Assembly: GCA_020628865.1 (NCBI GenBank) | Contig: JAHDEJ010000001.1 | Span: 170,395-234,394, forward strand | Source of the DNA: Acidimicrobiales bacterium | GTDB taxonomy: Bacteria > Actinomycetota > Acidimicrobiia > Acidimicrobiales > SHLQ01 | Length of the DNA stretch: 64,000 nucleotides | Direction: 5' to 3' | Part shown: positions 47,790 to 57,242 of the stretch, piece after piece | How positions within the stretch are numbered: position 1 is the stretch's first letter | Layout of the letters: each line of letters begins with the position of its first letter | The notes under the pieces: model-generated | What the model saw: only the letters and a program-made list of their open reading frames with translations | Told to the model about the DNA's origin: nothing | Database searches by the model: none | Program-made: the position numbers and the translations under genes

Positions 47790-50510
47790 GTGAACGGACG
47801 AACCATGTTGAAACCGAATCCCGAAATCCCGACGAACCCGACCCGAATGCACCGCGTGTTCGACACGCTCAGCCAGAACACCGGCCGGCTTCTGCTCGTC
47901 GTCGGCGCAATCACCGCCCTGCTTCTCGTGCCCTTCCTCACGATGGCACCGGACACCAGCGCATCGACCGAGCCGACCGGCGACGTCTTTACCGCCCGAG
48001 ACCGAATCGACGACACCTTCATCTCCTCGGTGCATCCGACCTTCGTGATCGTCGAGCACGAGTCGGGGCAGATCCTGACCGTCGAGGCGCTCGGCGGGCT
48101 GTTCGAGGCGCAGGAGGCCCTCCGGTCCGACCCCGAGCTCGGCACCACGCTGTTCCAGACCTTCGATGTCGAAACCCGTCAGGACGTCAACGGCATCCTC
48201 AGCCTCGCCGACCTGGTCGACGCCGAGCTCCGGGCGCAGGGCATCGACGGCATCGCCGCCGCCACCGATGACCAGGTGCTGGCCACAGGCACGGCCATCA
48301 TCGACGAGCTCGGTGAGCGGTCGGATGCATTGCAGCTCTCTGCCCTCTCGACCCGCACCGACGACGGCTGGGTCGTACCCGCACTCTCGCTCATCGTGCT
48401 CTCCGACAACGACGCTCTCGGCTTCGGCAACACGTCGGTGAACCTCGGAGGAGGGACCGAGGTGGAGGAGTTCGATCGAGAAATTCAGGAGGTCTTCCGC
48501 ATCGACGGCTGGCAGGCCAACGGCGTCGCCATCGACGTGAACCTCACCTCCCAGGAGCAGGGCGCCGTCGCCGGCCCGTTCATCGGATTCACCATCCTCG
48601 CCGTCCTGCTGATGATCGGTCTGACCTTCCGCAGCTACTGGGTCCTCGCCACGGTGAGCGTCTCGTTCCTTGCGCTGATCATCTGGCTCAAGGGCATCAG
48701 CAACCTGATCGGACTGAAGGACGATCTCGTCCTGAGCCTGATCGTTCCCGTCGCCATGATCAGCTTCGGTGTCGACTTCGCCTTCCATGCGATCGGCCGG
48801 TACCGAGAGGAACGGGCGGAGGGCCGCCCGGCGAGCCCGGGCATCGTGGCCGGCATGACCGCGGTGACGAGCGCCCTCGTCCTTGCGCTCATCTCGGACT
48901 CGACCGCCTTCCTCGCCAACCTCACCTCGGGCATCGAGTCGATCAACCAGTTCGGTATCGGTGCGGCCATCGCCCTGGCGGCCGCGTACCTGCTGCTCGG
49001 CATGGTCACGCCGCTCGTGATCGCCCGGATCGAGGCCTCGGTCCCGACGCCGACGCCGGGTCGCCGCTCCACGGCGCTTCGCCTGTTCGGTGCGTTCGGT
49101 GCAGCTGGCATGACCATGGCATCGGTCCTCCTGCTGGTCTTCATCCTCCCGTGGCTCGGTGCGGTCTTCGCTGTGCTGACCACCGTCGCCGTCCTCGTCG
49201 TGCCGTTCCTCGTGCAGCGCCGTCGGACCGAGGGTGAGCGGGTCGGCAACGTTCCCGTCTCGGCCGACGAGAACCGCCTTGCTCCTCCTATCGGCCGCAT
49301 GGTGTCTGCGCTGGCGAACCGCCCCCGCATCGTGCTCCCCGTGGCCGTCGCCATCACTGCCGCTGCTGCAGTGTTCGCCGTCCAGGTCCCGGCCGAGTTC
49401 GACGTCGAGGACTTCTTCTCCTCCGACACAGACTTCGTGGTCGGCCTCGACCAGCTGGACACCCACGTCGGCGACCGCGGCGGCGAACCAGCACTCCTCT
49501 ACGTCGAGGGCGACCTCGCCGACCCGGGTGCACTGGCCAGCGTTGCCGCCGGCATCGACGACATCCGGGCGCTCGACGTCCCGTCGCTCGCTCGGGACGA
49601 AGCGGGTGTGGCCGTCAGCCGCGGCATCTTCTCGGTCTTCGACGCCACGTGGGACAGTGCCCCGATGCCCGGCATCGTGCTCGAGCAGACCGGCGTGGAA
49701 CTGACCGACACCAACGGCGACGACATCCCCGACTCGCGGGAGCAGATCGAAGCCCTGATCGGTGTGGCCTCGACGGTCGGCGTGCCATTCGACGCCACCC
49801 GGCCGATTCTCACGCCAGACGACGTGAACACGGCCGTGCAGTTGAACGGCGCGGATTCCCGGACCGTCTTCGAGATGGGCGTGGTCGACAGCCGCTCGCA
49901 GGAGTCGGTGGCCGCCACCGCGGACGCCCTCGACCCGATCGCCGAGTCGATCGCCGACGACCTCGGCGGGACGTTCGTGCAGGTCACCGGTTCGGCGCTG
50001 ATCCGGGAGGCGTCGCTCAACGCCACGAACCGGGCACTGCAGGTGTCGCTGCCCGTGGCCCTGGCGCTGTGTCTGCTCGTGGGCAGCGTGTTCCTGCGCT
50101 CGATTCGGTACGGCCTCGCCAGCATCGTGCCGATCATGATGGTCGTCGCCTGGCTGTACGCCGTCATGTACCTGGCCGGCTTCGCCATCAACCTCGTGAC
50201 CGCGACGATCGCCGCCGTCTCCATCGGCATCGGCATCGACTTCGCCATCCACCTGATCGCCCGCTACCGAGAAGAGCTGGACCGCACCGGCAGCCGTTCG
50301 GAGGCGATCCGGATCAGTGGCGAAGGCACCGGACTCGCACTCGTCGCATCGGCCATCAGCTCGGCGATCGGATTCGGCATTCTCGCCCTCGCCCCGATGC
50401 CGCTCTTCGCCGCCTACGGCCTGCTCACGGCACTCATGATCATGATGGCGCTCGTCGCCACGCTCGCCGTGCTCCCGGCGATCCTCGTGGCCATCACGTC
50501 CGACCGGTAG
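47790..50510 (+). CDS. MMPL/RND-superfamily membrane transporter
   Basis: ~900 aa with two 6-TM bundles and two large extracytoplasmic loops. Alternative starts at 47805 and 47847. Confidence 0.85.
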   Translation: MNGRTMLKPNPEIPTNPTRMHRVFDTLSQNTGRLLLVVGAITALLLVPFLTMAPDTSASTEPTGDVFTARDRIDDTFISSVHPTFVIVEHESGQILTVEALGGLFEAQEALRSDPELGTTLFQTFDVETRQDVNGILSLADLVDAELRAQGIDGIAAATDDQVLATGTAIIDELGERSDALQLSALSTRTDDGWVVPALSLIVLSDNDALGFGNTSVNLGGGTEVEEFDREIQEVFRIDGWQANGVAIDVNLTSQEQGAVAGPFIGFTILAVLLMIGLTFRSYWVLATVSVSFLALIIWLKGISNLIGLKDDLVLSLIVPVAMISFGVDFAFHAIGRYREERAEGRPASPGIVAGMTAVTSALVLALISDSTAFLANLTSGIESINQFGIGAAIALAAAYLLLGMVTPLVIARIEASVPTPTPGRRSTALRLFGAFGAAGMTMASVLLLVFILPWLGAVFAVLTTVAVLVVPFLVQRRRTEGERVGNVPVSADENRLAPPIGRMVSALANRPRIVLPVAVAITAAAAVFAVQVPAEFDVEDFFSSDTDFVVGLDQLDTHVGDRGGEPALLYVEGDLADPGALASVAAGIDDIRALDVPSLARDEAGVAVSRGIFSVFDATWDSAPMPGIVLEQTGVELTDTNGDDIPDSREQIEALIGVASTVGVPFDATRPILTPDDVNTAVQLNGADSRTVFEMGVVDSRSQESVAATADALDPIAESIADDLGGTFVQVTGSALIREASLNATNRALQVSLPVALALCLLVGSVFLRSIRYGLASIVPIMMVVAWLYAVMYLAGFAINLVTATIAAVSIGIGIDFAIHLIARYREELDRTGSRSEAIRISGEGTGLALVASAISSAIGFGILALAPMPLFAAYGLLTALMIMMALVATLAVLPAILVAITSDR

Positions 50511-50540
50511 CGGTTCGGCAGAGCCGCACCCCCTCCGCGC

Positions 50541-50588
50541 TCGTCGTGGTCGCGCCATGTCGGCCGGCCACGACGAACTGCGTTTTCG
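50541..50588 (+). terminator. terminator hairpin after the MMPL gene
   Basis: TCGTCGTGG (50541-50549) / CCACGACGA (50568-50576) followed by ACTGCGTTTTCGG. Confidence 0.45.
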
Positions 50589-50618
50589 GGCGACCGGCGA
50601 GTCTGCGACGACCGGCGG

Positions 50619-51044
50619 CTAGCCGGTTGGGGCGGCGGCAAGCGCTGCCGGTAGGTCGTCGAGCGATCGGACGAGAGCGTCGAGCGAGCATTCGATCATG
50701 AGGTTGACCACCTCGTCGGGGAAGCGGCTGCGCCAGTCCGTGTGCAGCCCGATCAGGTACTTGCCCGATGCGTATGCGTAGCCGATCTCCCAGGCTGTGC
50801 CGTCGTCCGTCGTCACGCCATTGAGGCTGGCGACCACGATCGCCGACCGATCGATCCCGTCGCGGTCATTGGCGAAGATCTCGGCCACGTTGTCGGCGGT
50901 CTTCGGCGGATTGTCCCGGTGCGGGAGGAACGTGGCGAAGCCCGCCTCGGCGACCACGTGCTCGACCGACTCGATCCACCAACGCTCGCCCTCGTCGAAC
51001 AACGGTCCAGCCACGTACACCAGCGGTTTCTCAGCCATCCCCAT
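50619..51044 (-). CDS. nucleoside 2-deoxyribosyltransferase-family protein
   Basis: VYVAGPLF...E, then DDGTAWEIGYA motif. 141 aa. Confidence 0.72.
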   Translation of the reverse strand: MGMAEKPLVYVAGPLFDEGERWWIESVEHVVAEAGFATFLPHRDNPPKTADNVAEIFANDRDGIDRSAIVVASLNGVTTDDGTAWEIGYAYASGKYLIGLHTDWRSRFPDEVVNLMIECSLDALVRSLDDLPAALAAAPTG

Positions 51045-51053
51045 TCCTACCCC

Positions 51054-51150
51054 GGGTGAAGGGGTCGCGTCTCACTTTCACCCGTTTGGGTGAAGGGGTC
51101 GCGTCTCACTTTCACCCGTTTGGGTGAAGGTGAGAAGCGACCCCTTTCCC
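51054..51150. repeat. second locus of the REP/BIME-like element (direct-direct-inverted)
   Basis: GGGTGAAGGGGTCGCGTCTCACTTTCACCC at 51054-51083 and at 51088-51117, both identical to the 30.6-kb copies. A degenerate inverted copy GGGTGAAGGTGAGAAGCGACCCCTTTCCC lies at 51122-51150. Confidence 0.85.
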
Positions 51151-51181
51151 CCCGTTCACCCATTGACCTGATCGGGGCGAA

Positions 51182-51997
51182 TCAGAAGGTCCACTCGTGG
51201 CGATCGGCCTCGCCGAACCACGCTTGCACGCGGATGGGCGATGCCTCGATCAACGTATGCGATCCATCGGGCTCGGTACGAGGGTCCCAGCCATAGCGAT
51301 CCTCGAACATCGGGGCGAGCTCGTCCCACATCTCCGGATGGCGTGTGGCCCACGCTTCGACGATCACGACGTTGGATGGATCGGGAAGCGCAATGGTGAC
51401 GCTCGGGTTTTCGACCAGATTCTGCACCTTGACTGAGTCCGCCGGCGTGGCGAACCAGATGCGATTCCCGTGCACCACGTGCCACATCGGCACGGAGTGG
51501 GGCCGGCCATCCGGCCGCGTCGACGAGAGCCACGTGAACTTCTCCGCACGCAGGCGATCCATCACGGCATGCAGATCAGGATCGTCAGGCATCGGCGCCG
51601 CGGGCATCGAATCTGGGCGAGGGCGGGCGAACCAGTCTCCCGACGGCTCCGGCACACGGCCTTCCAGAAAGCTCGGCGGAGCCCAGTAGAGCCAGGCTTC
51701 GACCGCTCCGTCGTCGGTGTGCACCGAGCCGCGTCGCCGTTCGAAGAACGAGGGGTGGCCTTCGATCACATCACAGATCGCCAGCCCCTCCTCCGAGATC
51801 TCGAACAGCTCGCCGACGACGTCTCCGTCACCCGGACCGATGCCGGGGTAGGCGCCGAAGTCGTAGAGGAGCGCGCCGGGAAGCGTCGCCCGACGGCCGG
51901 GACTCACGTGCTCCGCAATGCGATGGTGATACTTCGTGTCGCCGTCCGGGCCGCCCACCGGCGTCCGCAGCGTGCCGTACACGAAGAGGGTGGGCAT
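51182..51997 (-). CDS. fusion protein: gamma-glutamylcyclotransferase (AIG2/GGACT-like) N-domain plus pyridoxamine-5'-phosphate-oxidase-like split-barrel C-domain
   Basis: Starts MPTLFVYGTLR (GGCT motif), with ...EGHP...Y. The C-terminal half has TRPDGRPHSVPMWHV...KVQNL, typical of the PNPOx/F420-binding family. Lies 2 nt below the upstream stop. Confidence 0.7.
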   Translation of the reverse strand: MPTLFVYGTLRTPVGGPDGDTKYHHRIAEHVSPGRRATLPGALLYDFGAYPGIGPGDGDVVGELFEISEEGLAICDVIEGHPSFFERRRGSVHTDDGAVEAWLYWAPPSFLEGRVPEPSGDWFARPRPDSMPAAPMPDDPDLHAVMDRLRAEKFTWLSSTRPDGRPHSVPMWHVVHGNRIWFATPADSVKVQNLVENPSVTIALPDPSNVVIVEAWATRHPEMWDELAPMFEDRYGWDPRTEPDGSHTLIEASPIRVQAWFGEADRHEWTF

Positions 51998-51999
51998 GG

Positions 52000-53112
52000 T
52001 CAGCCGACCTCGGCCAGCACCCGATCGAGCGCCTCCTCGAACCGGCCGACGGCGCCATCGATGTCGCCCAGCTTGTCGAGCCCGAAGAGACCGAGACGGA
52101 ACGTGGAGAAGTCTGCATGCTCGCCACAGCGAAGCGGAACCCCACCGGCGATCTGCATGCCCTGCGCAGCGAAGGCGGCTCCACTCTTGATCGTGGCCTC
52201 GCCGGTGTGGGAGACGACCACGCCGGGTGCTTCGAACCCCGGCGCCGCAACGCTGCGAATGCCCCGCTCGGTGAGCACCGCCCGGATGCGAGTTCCGAGT
52301 TCCACCTGCGCCGCCTTCACCTCGCTCACACCGAAGGCCACGGTCTCCTGCATGACGTCGCGGAACACCCGAAGCGACTCGGTCGGCATCGTGGCGTGGT
52401 ACGCGTGGCCGCCGTTGAGGTAGGCGTCCATGATGTCGAGCCACTGCCGCAGATTCATGGCGAAGCTGGAGGATTCCGTCTCCCGACAGCGGGCGACCGC
52501 CGCCTCGCTCATCATCACGAGGCCGCAGCATGGCGGGCCGCTCCAGCCCTTCTGCGGTGCGCTGATGAGCACGTCGATCCCGAGCGCTCCCATGTCGAGC
52601 CACACGGTGCCAGAGGCGATGCAGTCGATCACGAGCAGACCGCCGACCTCATGCACGGCTTCGGCCAGACCGGCGATGTAGTCGTCCGGGAGCATGAGTC
52701 CGGCGGAGGTCTCCACATGCGGGGCGAACACGACGGCCGGCTTGGTTTCACGGATACGAGCCTGCACGTCGGCCAGCGCGGCCGGACGGAACTGGGCGTC
52801 CACCGCATCGGAATCCGGCGCTGCGCTCATCACGTCAACGGAGCTCGCGAAGCCGCCTGCGTCGAAGATCTGTGACCAGCGGAAGCTGAACCAGCCGTTC
52901 CGCACCACGAGCACATCTTCACCGTCGGCGAACTGGCGGGCGACCGACTCCATACCGAACGTCCCGCTTCCCGGAACCACCACGGCCGCAGTCGAGTTGT
53001 AGACCTGACAGAGGGTGGCGGAGATGTCTCGCATCACGCCCTGGAAGGTGCCGGACATGTGGTTCAACGCCCGGTCGGTGTACACGACGGAGTATTCGAG
53101 AAGCTCGTCCAT
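52000..53112 (-). CDS. class V (AGXT-like) PLP-dependent aminotransferase
   Basis: 370 aa. SAPQKGW PLP-Lys context and an overall class-V pattern. Confidence 0.82.
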   Translation of the reverse strand: MDELLEYSVVYTDRALNHMSGTFQGVMRDISATLCQVYNSTAAVVVPGSGTFGMESVARQFADGEDVLVVRNGWFSFRWSQIFDAGGFASSVDVMSAAPDSDAVDAQFRPAALADVQARIRETKPAVVFAPHVETSAGLMLPDDYIAGLAEAVHEVGGLLVIDCIASGTVWLDMGALGIDVLISAPQKGWSGPPCCGLVMMSEAAVARCRETESSSFAMNLRQWLDIMDAYLNGGHAYHATMPTESLRVFRDVMQETVAFGVSEVKAAQVELGTRIRAVLTERGIRSVAAPGFEAPGVVVSHTGEATIKSGAAFAAQGMQIAGGVPLRCGEHADFSTFRLGLFGLDKLGDIDGAVGRFEEALDRVLAEVG

Positions 53113-53175
53113 TCCGGAAGGCTAGAGGTGTGAGGAGGTCGCCGCCCATCCGCACGGGGTCGGTACCCTTGCCCC

Positions 53176-54573
53176 ATGTCGACGTTCGCTGATCTTGGTG
53201 TGCCGGCCGATCTGGTGTCCGTCCTGGAGCGGCAGCGGATCACCGAACCCTTCCCGATCCAGGCCGCAGCGATCCCGGACGGGATGTACGGCCGAGACGT
53301 GCTCGGGCGGGCGCCGACCGGCTCCGGCAAGACACTGGCGTTCGGCATTCCGGCGATCGCCAAGCTCGGCGAGGCGGCGCCCGGCATGCCCCGTGCCCTC
53401 GTGCTCTCCCCCACCCGGGAATTGGCCGACCAGATCCGCCGCGAGCTCGAACCGCTCGCAGCGGCCCGGGACCGAAGCATCCTCGCGGTCTATGGCGGCG
53501 TTGGTCTCGGCGGGCAGATCAGCGCGCTGCGCGATGGCGTGGACATGGTCGTCGCCACTCCCGGTCGGCTGATGGACCTGATGGACAAGGGCGAGGTCGG
53601 GCTCGACGCCGTCCGCTACCTCGTCATCGACGAAGCGGATCGCATGGCCGACATGGGGTTCCTCCCCGACGTCATCTCGATCCTCGACCGCGCCGGCGCC
53701 CGCAAGCAAACGGTGCTCTTCTCGGCCACGTTGGGCAAGGAAGTTCAGGTGCTGACCGATCGGTACCAGACCGACCCGGTCACCCACGAGGCCGGCGAGA
53801 TCCGCCCCGACCTCTCTGTGATGAGCCATCGCTTCATCCGGACGACCCGTCAGAACAAGCTGCCCGTTGCCGTCGAAGTGCTGCGGGAGTCCGGTGCGAC
53901 CATCGTCTTCTGCCGTACCAGAAACGGCGTTGATCGTGTCGCCCGCCAGCTCAAGGCCGAAGGGATCAAGACCGGCCTCATCCACGGCGACCGGTCCCAG
54001 AACCAGCGGGAGAACGCCCTCAAGTTGTTCATGCGGGGCAAGGTCGATGTGCTCGTCGCCACCGATGTCGCCGCCCGCGGCATCCACGTCGATGGGGTCG
54101 AATGCGTGCTCCACTTCGACCTGCCAGAGGACGACAAGGCGTACGTGCACCGCTCCGGGCGCACCGCTCGGGCCGGCGCCGTCGGGCAGGTCGTCTGCTT
54201 CGTGAATTCCGATCAGGAGCGGGACATGTGGCGCATCCAGCAGCTGGTCGGGCTGCAGTCCGAGCTCGAGCCGACACCGGGCGTCGCCGTCCACGCCGCC
54301 CGAGAGGCGGCCCGGGCCGCCGAGCTCGAATCGAGCCTCCGCGACCGGAGCCGAGAGGGCACCGGCGACCGGCAACGCAAGCCGAAGAAGAAGCCGGGTC
54401 CCCGGGCGAAGGGAAAGCCGGGCAAGGGCGGCAAGCCGAAGTCGGGCGGACGGCCCTCGTCCGGAGGGAAGCCGAAGGGCGGTGGAGCATCGAAGCCGAA
54501 GCGCTCGACTTCCGGGGGTCGAGGACCGAAGCCTGCGGCCAAGAAGGGTCGGTCAGGCCGGCGAAGCCGTTGA
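53176..54573 (+). CDS. DEAD-box ATP-dependent RNA helicase with Lys/Gly/Arg-rich tail
   Basis: Q-motif FPIQ, APTGSGKT, DEAD, SAT and HRSGRTAR. Confidence 0.92.
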   Translation: MSTFADLGVPADLVSVLERQRITEPFPIQAAAIPDGMYGRDVLGRAPTGSGKTLAFGIPAIAKLGEAAPGMPRALVLSPTRELADQIRRELEPLAAARDRSILAVYGGVGLGGQISALRDGVDMVVATPGRLMDLMDKGEVGLDAVRYLVIDEADRMADMGFLPDVISILDRAGARKQTVLFSATLGKEVQVLTDRYQTDPVTHEAGEIRPDLSVMSHRFIRTTRQNKLPVAVEVLRESGATIVFCRTRNGVDRVARQLKAEGIKTGLIHGDRSQNQRENALKLFMRGKVDVLVATDVAARGIHVDGVECVLHFDLPEDDKAYVHRSGRTARAGAVGQVVCFVNSDQERDMWRIQQLVGLQSELEPTPGVAVHAAREAARAAELESSLRDRSREGTGDRQRKPKKKPGPRAKGKPGKGGKPKSGGRPSSGGKPKGGGASKPKRSTSGGRGPKPAAKKGRSGRRSR

Positions 54574-55124
54574 TTCGACCGTTCCTGGTCGCGCTCGCTC
54601 TGGCCGTCGCCGGCTGTTCGAGCGCCGACGCACCGACACCGGTCAATCCGACGCTGCCAGCCGACGACCAACCTGCCGTCGTCATTCGGCCCACGACGAT
54701 TCCGCCGGACGCTCCCGTCACCACGGATGGGGCGGGCACCACCGAAGAAGCGACTGAGCCGACGCCAACCATCGCCGCCGAACCCGATGACCCGATCGCG
54801 CTGAGCACCACATGTGCAGAGCTCTTCAGCGCAGCCGCGCCGGTCCTTCAGGCAGCCCTCACGGTGCTCGACGACGAGCTGGGCGGACAAACGGAGCGGC
54901 AGATCCTCGACCTTCCATCAGCGGAGATCGATGCCGTCTTCGAGCAGATGGCGAGCGTCGAGGGCTACGACACCTTCACCAACCGGCGTGCGGCACTCGG
55001 TTGCACGAGTTCGGCCCAGGTCGCCGAGTGTTCCGACCGGGCAGCAGAGGTGGACGCCACGCGCCTCGACCCGCTGCTCCGAACGGAGTGGTTGCGTTCG
55101 CTGGGCTGCACCGAGGACGGCTGA
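54570..55124 (+). CDS. putative lipoprotein
   Basis: TTG start overlapping the helicase stop (TTGA). LIRPFLVALALAVAG-C lipobox, followed by a Pro/Thr-rich linker. Confidence 0.55.
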   Translation: MIRPFLVALALAVAGCSSADAPTPVNPTLPADDQPAVVIRPTTIPPDAPVTTDGAGTTEEATEPTPTIAAEPDDPIALSTTCAELFSAAAPVLQAALTVLDDELGGQTERQILDLPSAEIDAVFEQMASVEGYDTFTNRRAALGCTSSAQVAECSDRAAEVDATRLDPLLRTEWLRSLGCTEDG

Positions 55125-55138
55125 GCCCGCTCTCTGCC

Positions 55139-56647
55139 TCAGTGCTTGAAGTGCCGTTCGCCGGTGAACACCATTGCGATGCCGGCCTCGTTGGCAGCGG
55201 CGATGACTTCGTCGTCGCGGACCGAGCCGCCTGGCTGCACCACCGCAGTGCACCCCGCATCGATCGCTGCCTCGAGCCCATCTTTGAACGGGAAGAAGGC
55301 GTCGGATGCGCATGCGCCACCGGTCGCCCGACCATCGGCCTTCTCGGCGGCGATACGGCCTGCATCGCGGCGGTTCTGTTGCCCGGCACCGATGCCGAAC
55401 GCCTGGCCGTCCTTCGCCAGCACGATGGTGTTGGAGCTCACGCGGGCAGCCACCGCCCAGGCGAACGCAAGATCCGCGCGTTCCTGTTCGGTCGGCGCAC
55501 GATCGGTCGCCACGGTCCAGTCTTCTGCCTGAGCGAGTAGTCGGTCCGTCGTCTGCACGAGCAGGCCCCCGTCGATCGAGCGCATGTCGAGCAGGGCGGA
55601 AGACGGGGGCATGGCTTCGAGCACTCGCAGGTTCTTCTTCGCCATGAGGATCTCCATCGCCTCCGGCGTGTAGCCGGGGGCCACGATCACTTCGGTGAAG
55701 ATCTCGGCCAACGAGGTCGCAAGCTCGGCCGGCACCTCTCGATTGATCGCGACGATGCCACCGAAGGCAGACACGGGGTCGCAGGCGTGGGCTCGCCGAT
55801 AGGCCTCGGCGATGTCGCTGTGTGTTGCGGCACCACACGGGTTCGCGTGCTTGATGACCACGGCGGTCGGCTCGCCCCCGAGCGCGTGGACGAGCTGCCA
55901 TGCGGCTTCCGTGTCGTACAGATTGAGAAAACTGAGGTCCTTGCCGTTGTGCTGGATCGCATCATCCCACCAGCTGTGCTGGCCCGAGAAGCGGTAGCGG
56001 GCGCCGACCTGATGGGGGTTCTCGCCGTAGCGCAGGTCCTGCACCCGGTCCGCTGCGAGGTGGATGGAGTCCGGGAGCGGGTCCGTGGCATCCGAGGCTT
56101 CGTCGGTGTCGTCGAACCAGCTGACGATCGCCGCGTCGTAGGCCGCCGTGTGGGCGAACGCCTTGCGGGCGAGCCGGCGCCGCGTCTCGAAGCTCAGTCC
56201 ACCCGCCGAGATCTCGGCCGCCACCGCGTCGTAGTCCGCCGGATCGACGACGACACCGACGTGCTCGTGGTTCTTTGCGGCCGCCCGGACCATCGTCGGC
56301 CCACCGATGTCGATCAGCTCGATGCCCGGATCAGACGAGAAGGGATAGAGGTTGCCGACGACGAGGTCGATCGGATCGATGCCGTGTGTCTCCAAGTCCG
56401 CCTGGTGCTCGGGATCGTTCCGATCGGCGAGCAGCCCGCCGTGGATCTTCGGATGCAACGTGACGACCCGGTGACCGAGCATGATCGGCGACCCGGTGTG
56501 GTCGGCCACATCGGTGACCGGCAGTCCGGCTTCGGCGATGGCGCGTGCGGTGCCACCGCTGCTGAGCAGCTCCCAGCCGGCGTCCACGAGGGAACGGGCG
56601 AGGTCGGTGATTCCGGTCTTGTCGTAGACGGACAGCAGCGCTTTCAT
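55139..56647 (-). CDS. purH: bifunctional AICAR formyltransferase / IMP cyclohydrolase
   Basis: Starts MKALLSVYDKTG after AAGGAG. GGTA, TLHPKIHGG and a C-terminal RHFKH. Confidence 0.93.
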   Translation of the reverse strand: MKALLSVYDKTGITDLARSLVDAGWELLSSGGTARAIAEAGLPVTDVADHTGSPIMLGHRVVTLHPKIHGGLLADRNDPEHQADLETHGIDPIDLVVGNLYPFSSDPGIELIDIGGPTMVRAAAKNHEHVGVVVDPADYDAVAAEISAGGLSFETRRRLARKAFAHTAAYDAAIVSWFDDTDEASDATDPLPDSIHLAADRVQDLRYGENPHQVGARYRFSGQHSWWDDAIQHNGKDLSFLNLYDTEAAWQLVHALGGEPTAVVIKHANPCGAATHSDIAEAYRRAHACDPVSAFGGIVAINREVPAELATSLAEIFTEVIVAPGYTPEAMEILMAKKNLRVLEAMPPSSALLDMRSIDGGLLVQTTDRLLAQAEDWTVATDRAPTEQERADLAFAWAVAARVSSNTIVLAKDGQAFGIGAGQQNRRDAGRIAAEKADGRATGGACASDAFFPFKDGLEAAIDAGCTAVVQPGGSVRDDEVIAAANEAGIAMVFTGERHFKH

Positions 56648-57231
56648 GTTGCTCCTTGCAGGGGTTGATCCAGGATCGTCCCAGCGGCGGCGATGGCGCT
56701 GAGTGTGTCGATGTAGAGGCGGCGTTCGACCACCTTGATGCGTTCGTGAAGTGAGGCCTCGGTGTCGTCGGGAAGAACGTCGACCGCTTCCTGGGCGAGG
56801 ATCGGACCGTCGTCGACGACGGGTGTTGCCACATGAATCGTGCAGCCGGTGACCTTCACGCCGTAGTCGAGTGCGTCGCGCACGCCGTGCCAGCCGGGGA
56901 AGGACGGGAGCAACGCTGGGTGGGTGTTCACGATCCGGCCGGGCATGGCCTCGAAGAGGCGCTGCCCGAGGATCGTGCCGAAGCCGGCCATGGCCACCAG
57001 GTCGATGTCGTGCTCCGCCAACAGCACAGCGACCCGATCGGAGTATTCGTCGCGGTCGAAGGACGCTCCGAACTCGGTCCGCTCGACGAGAACAGAGGGC
57101 GCCGCAGCCGGATCGACCAGTTCGAGACCTCGACAGGGTCGGTCGGCGATGACCAGCGCGATCGGAAGCTCGGCTTCGATCATCGCTTCGAGAAGCGTCC
57201 CGGAACCCGAGACCAGCACAGCCATCCGCAT
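56644..57231 (-). CDS. purN: phosphoribosylglycinamide formyltransferase
   Basis: MRMAVLVSGSGT, NTHPALLP and TGCTIH motifs. ATGA overlap with purH. Confidence 0.9.
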   Translation of the reverse strand: MRMAVLVSGSGTLLEAMIEAELPIALVIADRPCRGLELVDPAAAPSVLVERTEFGASFDRDEYSDRVAVLLAEHDIDLVAMAGFGTILGQRLFEAMPGRIVNTHPALLPSFPGWHGVRDALDYGVKVTGCTIHVATPVVDDGPILAQEAVDVLPDDTEASLHERIKVVERRLYIDTLSAIAAAGTILDQPLQGAT

Positions 57232-57242
57232 CGGAGCGGAAC

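Noticed and set aside
47763-50558. 931-aa ORF on the minus strand
   Set aside because: It is antisense to the MMPL transporter, whose plus-strand product has clear TM topology. The minus-strand product is Arg/Asp/Gly/His-rich with no motifs.
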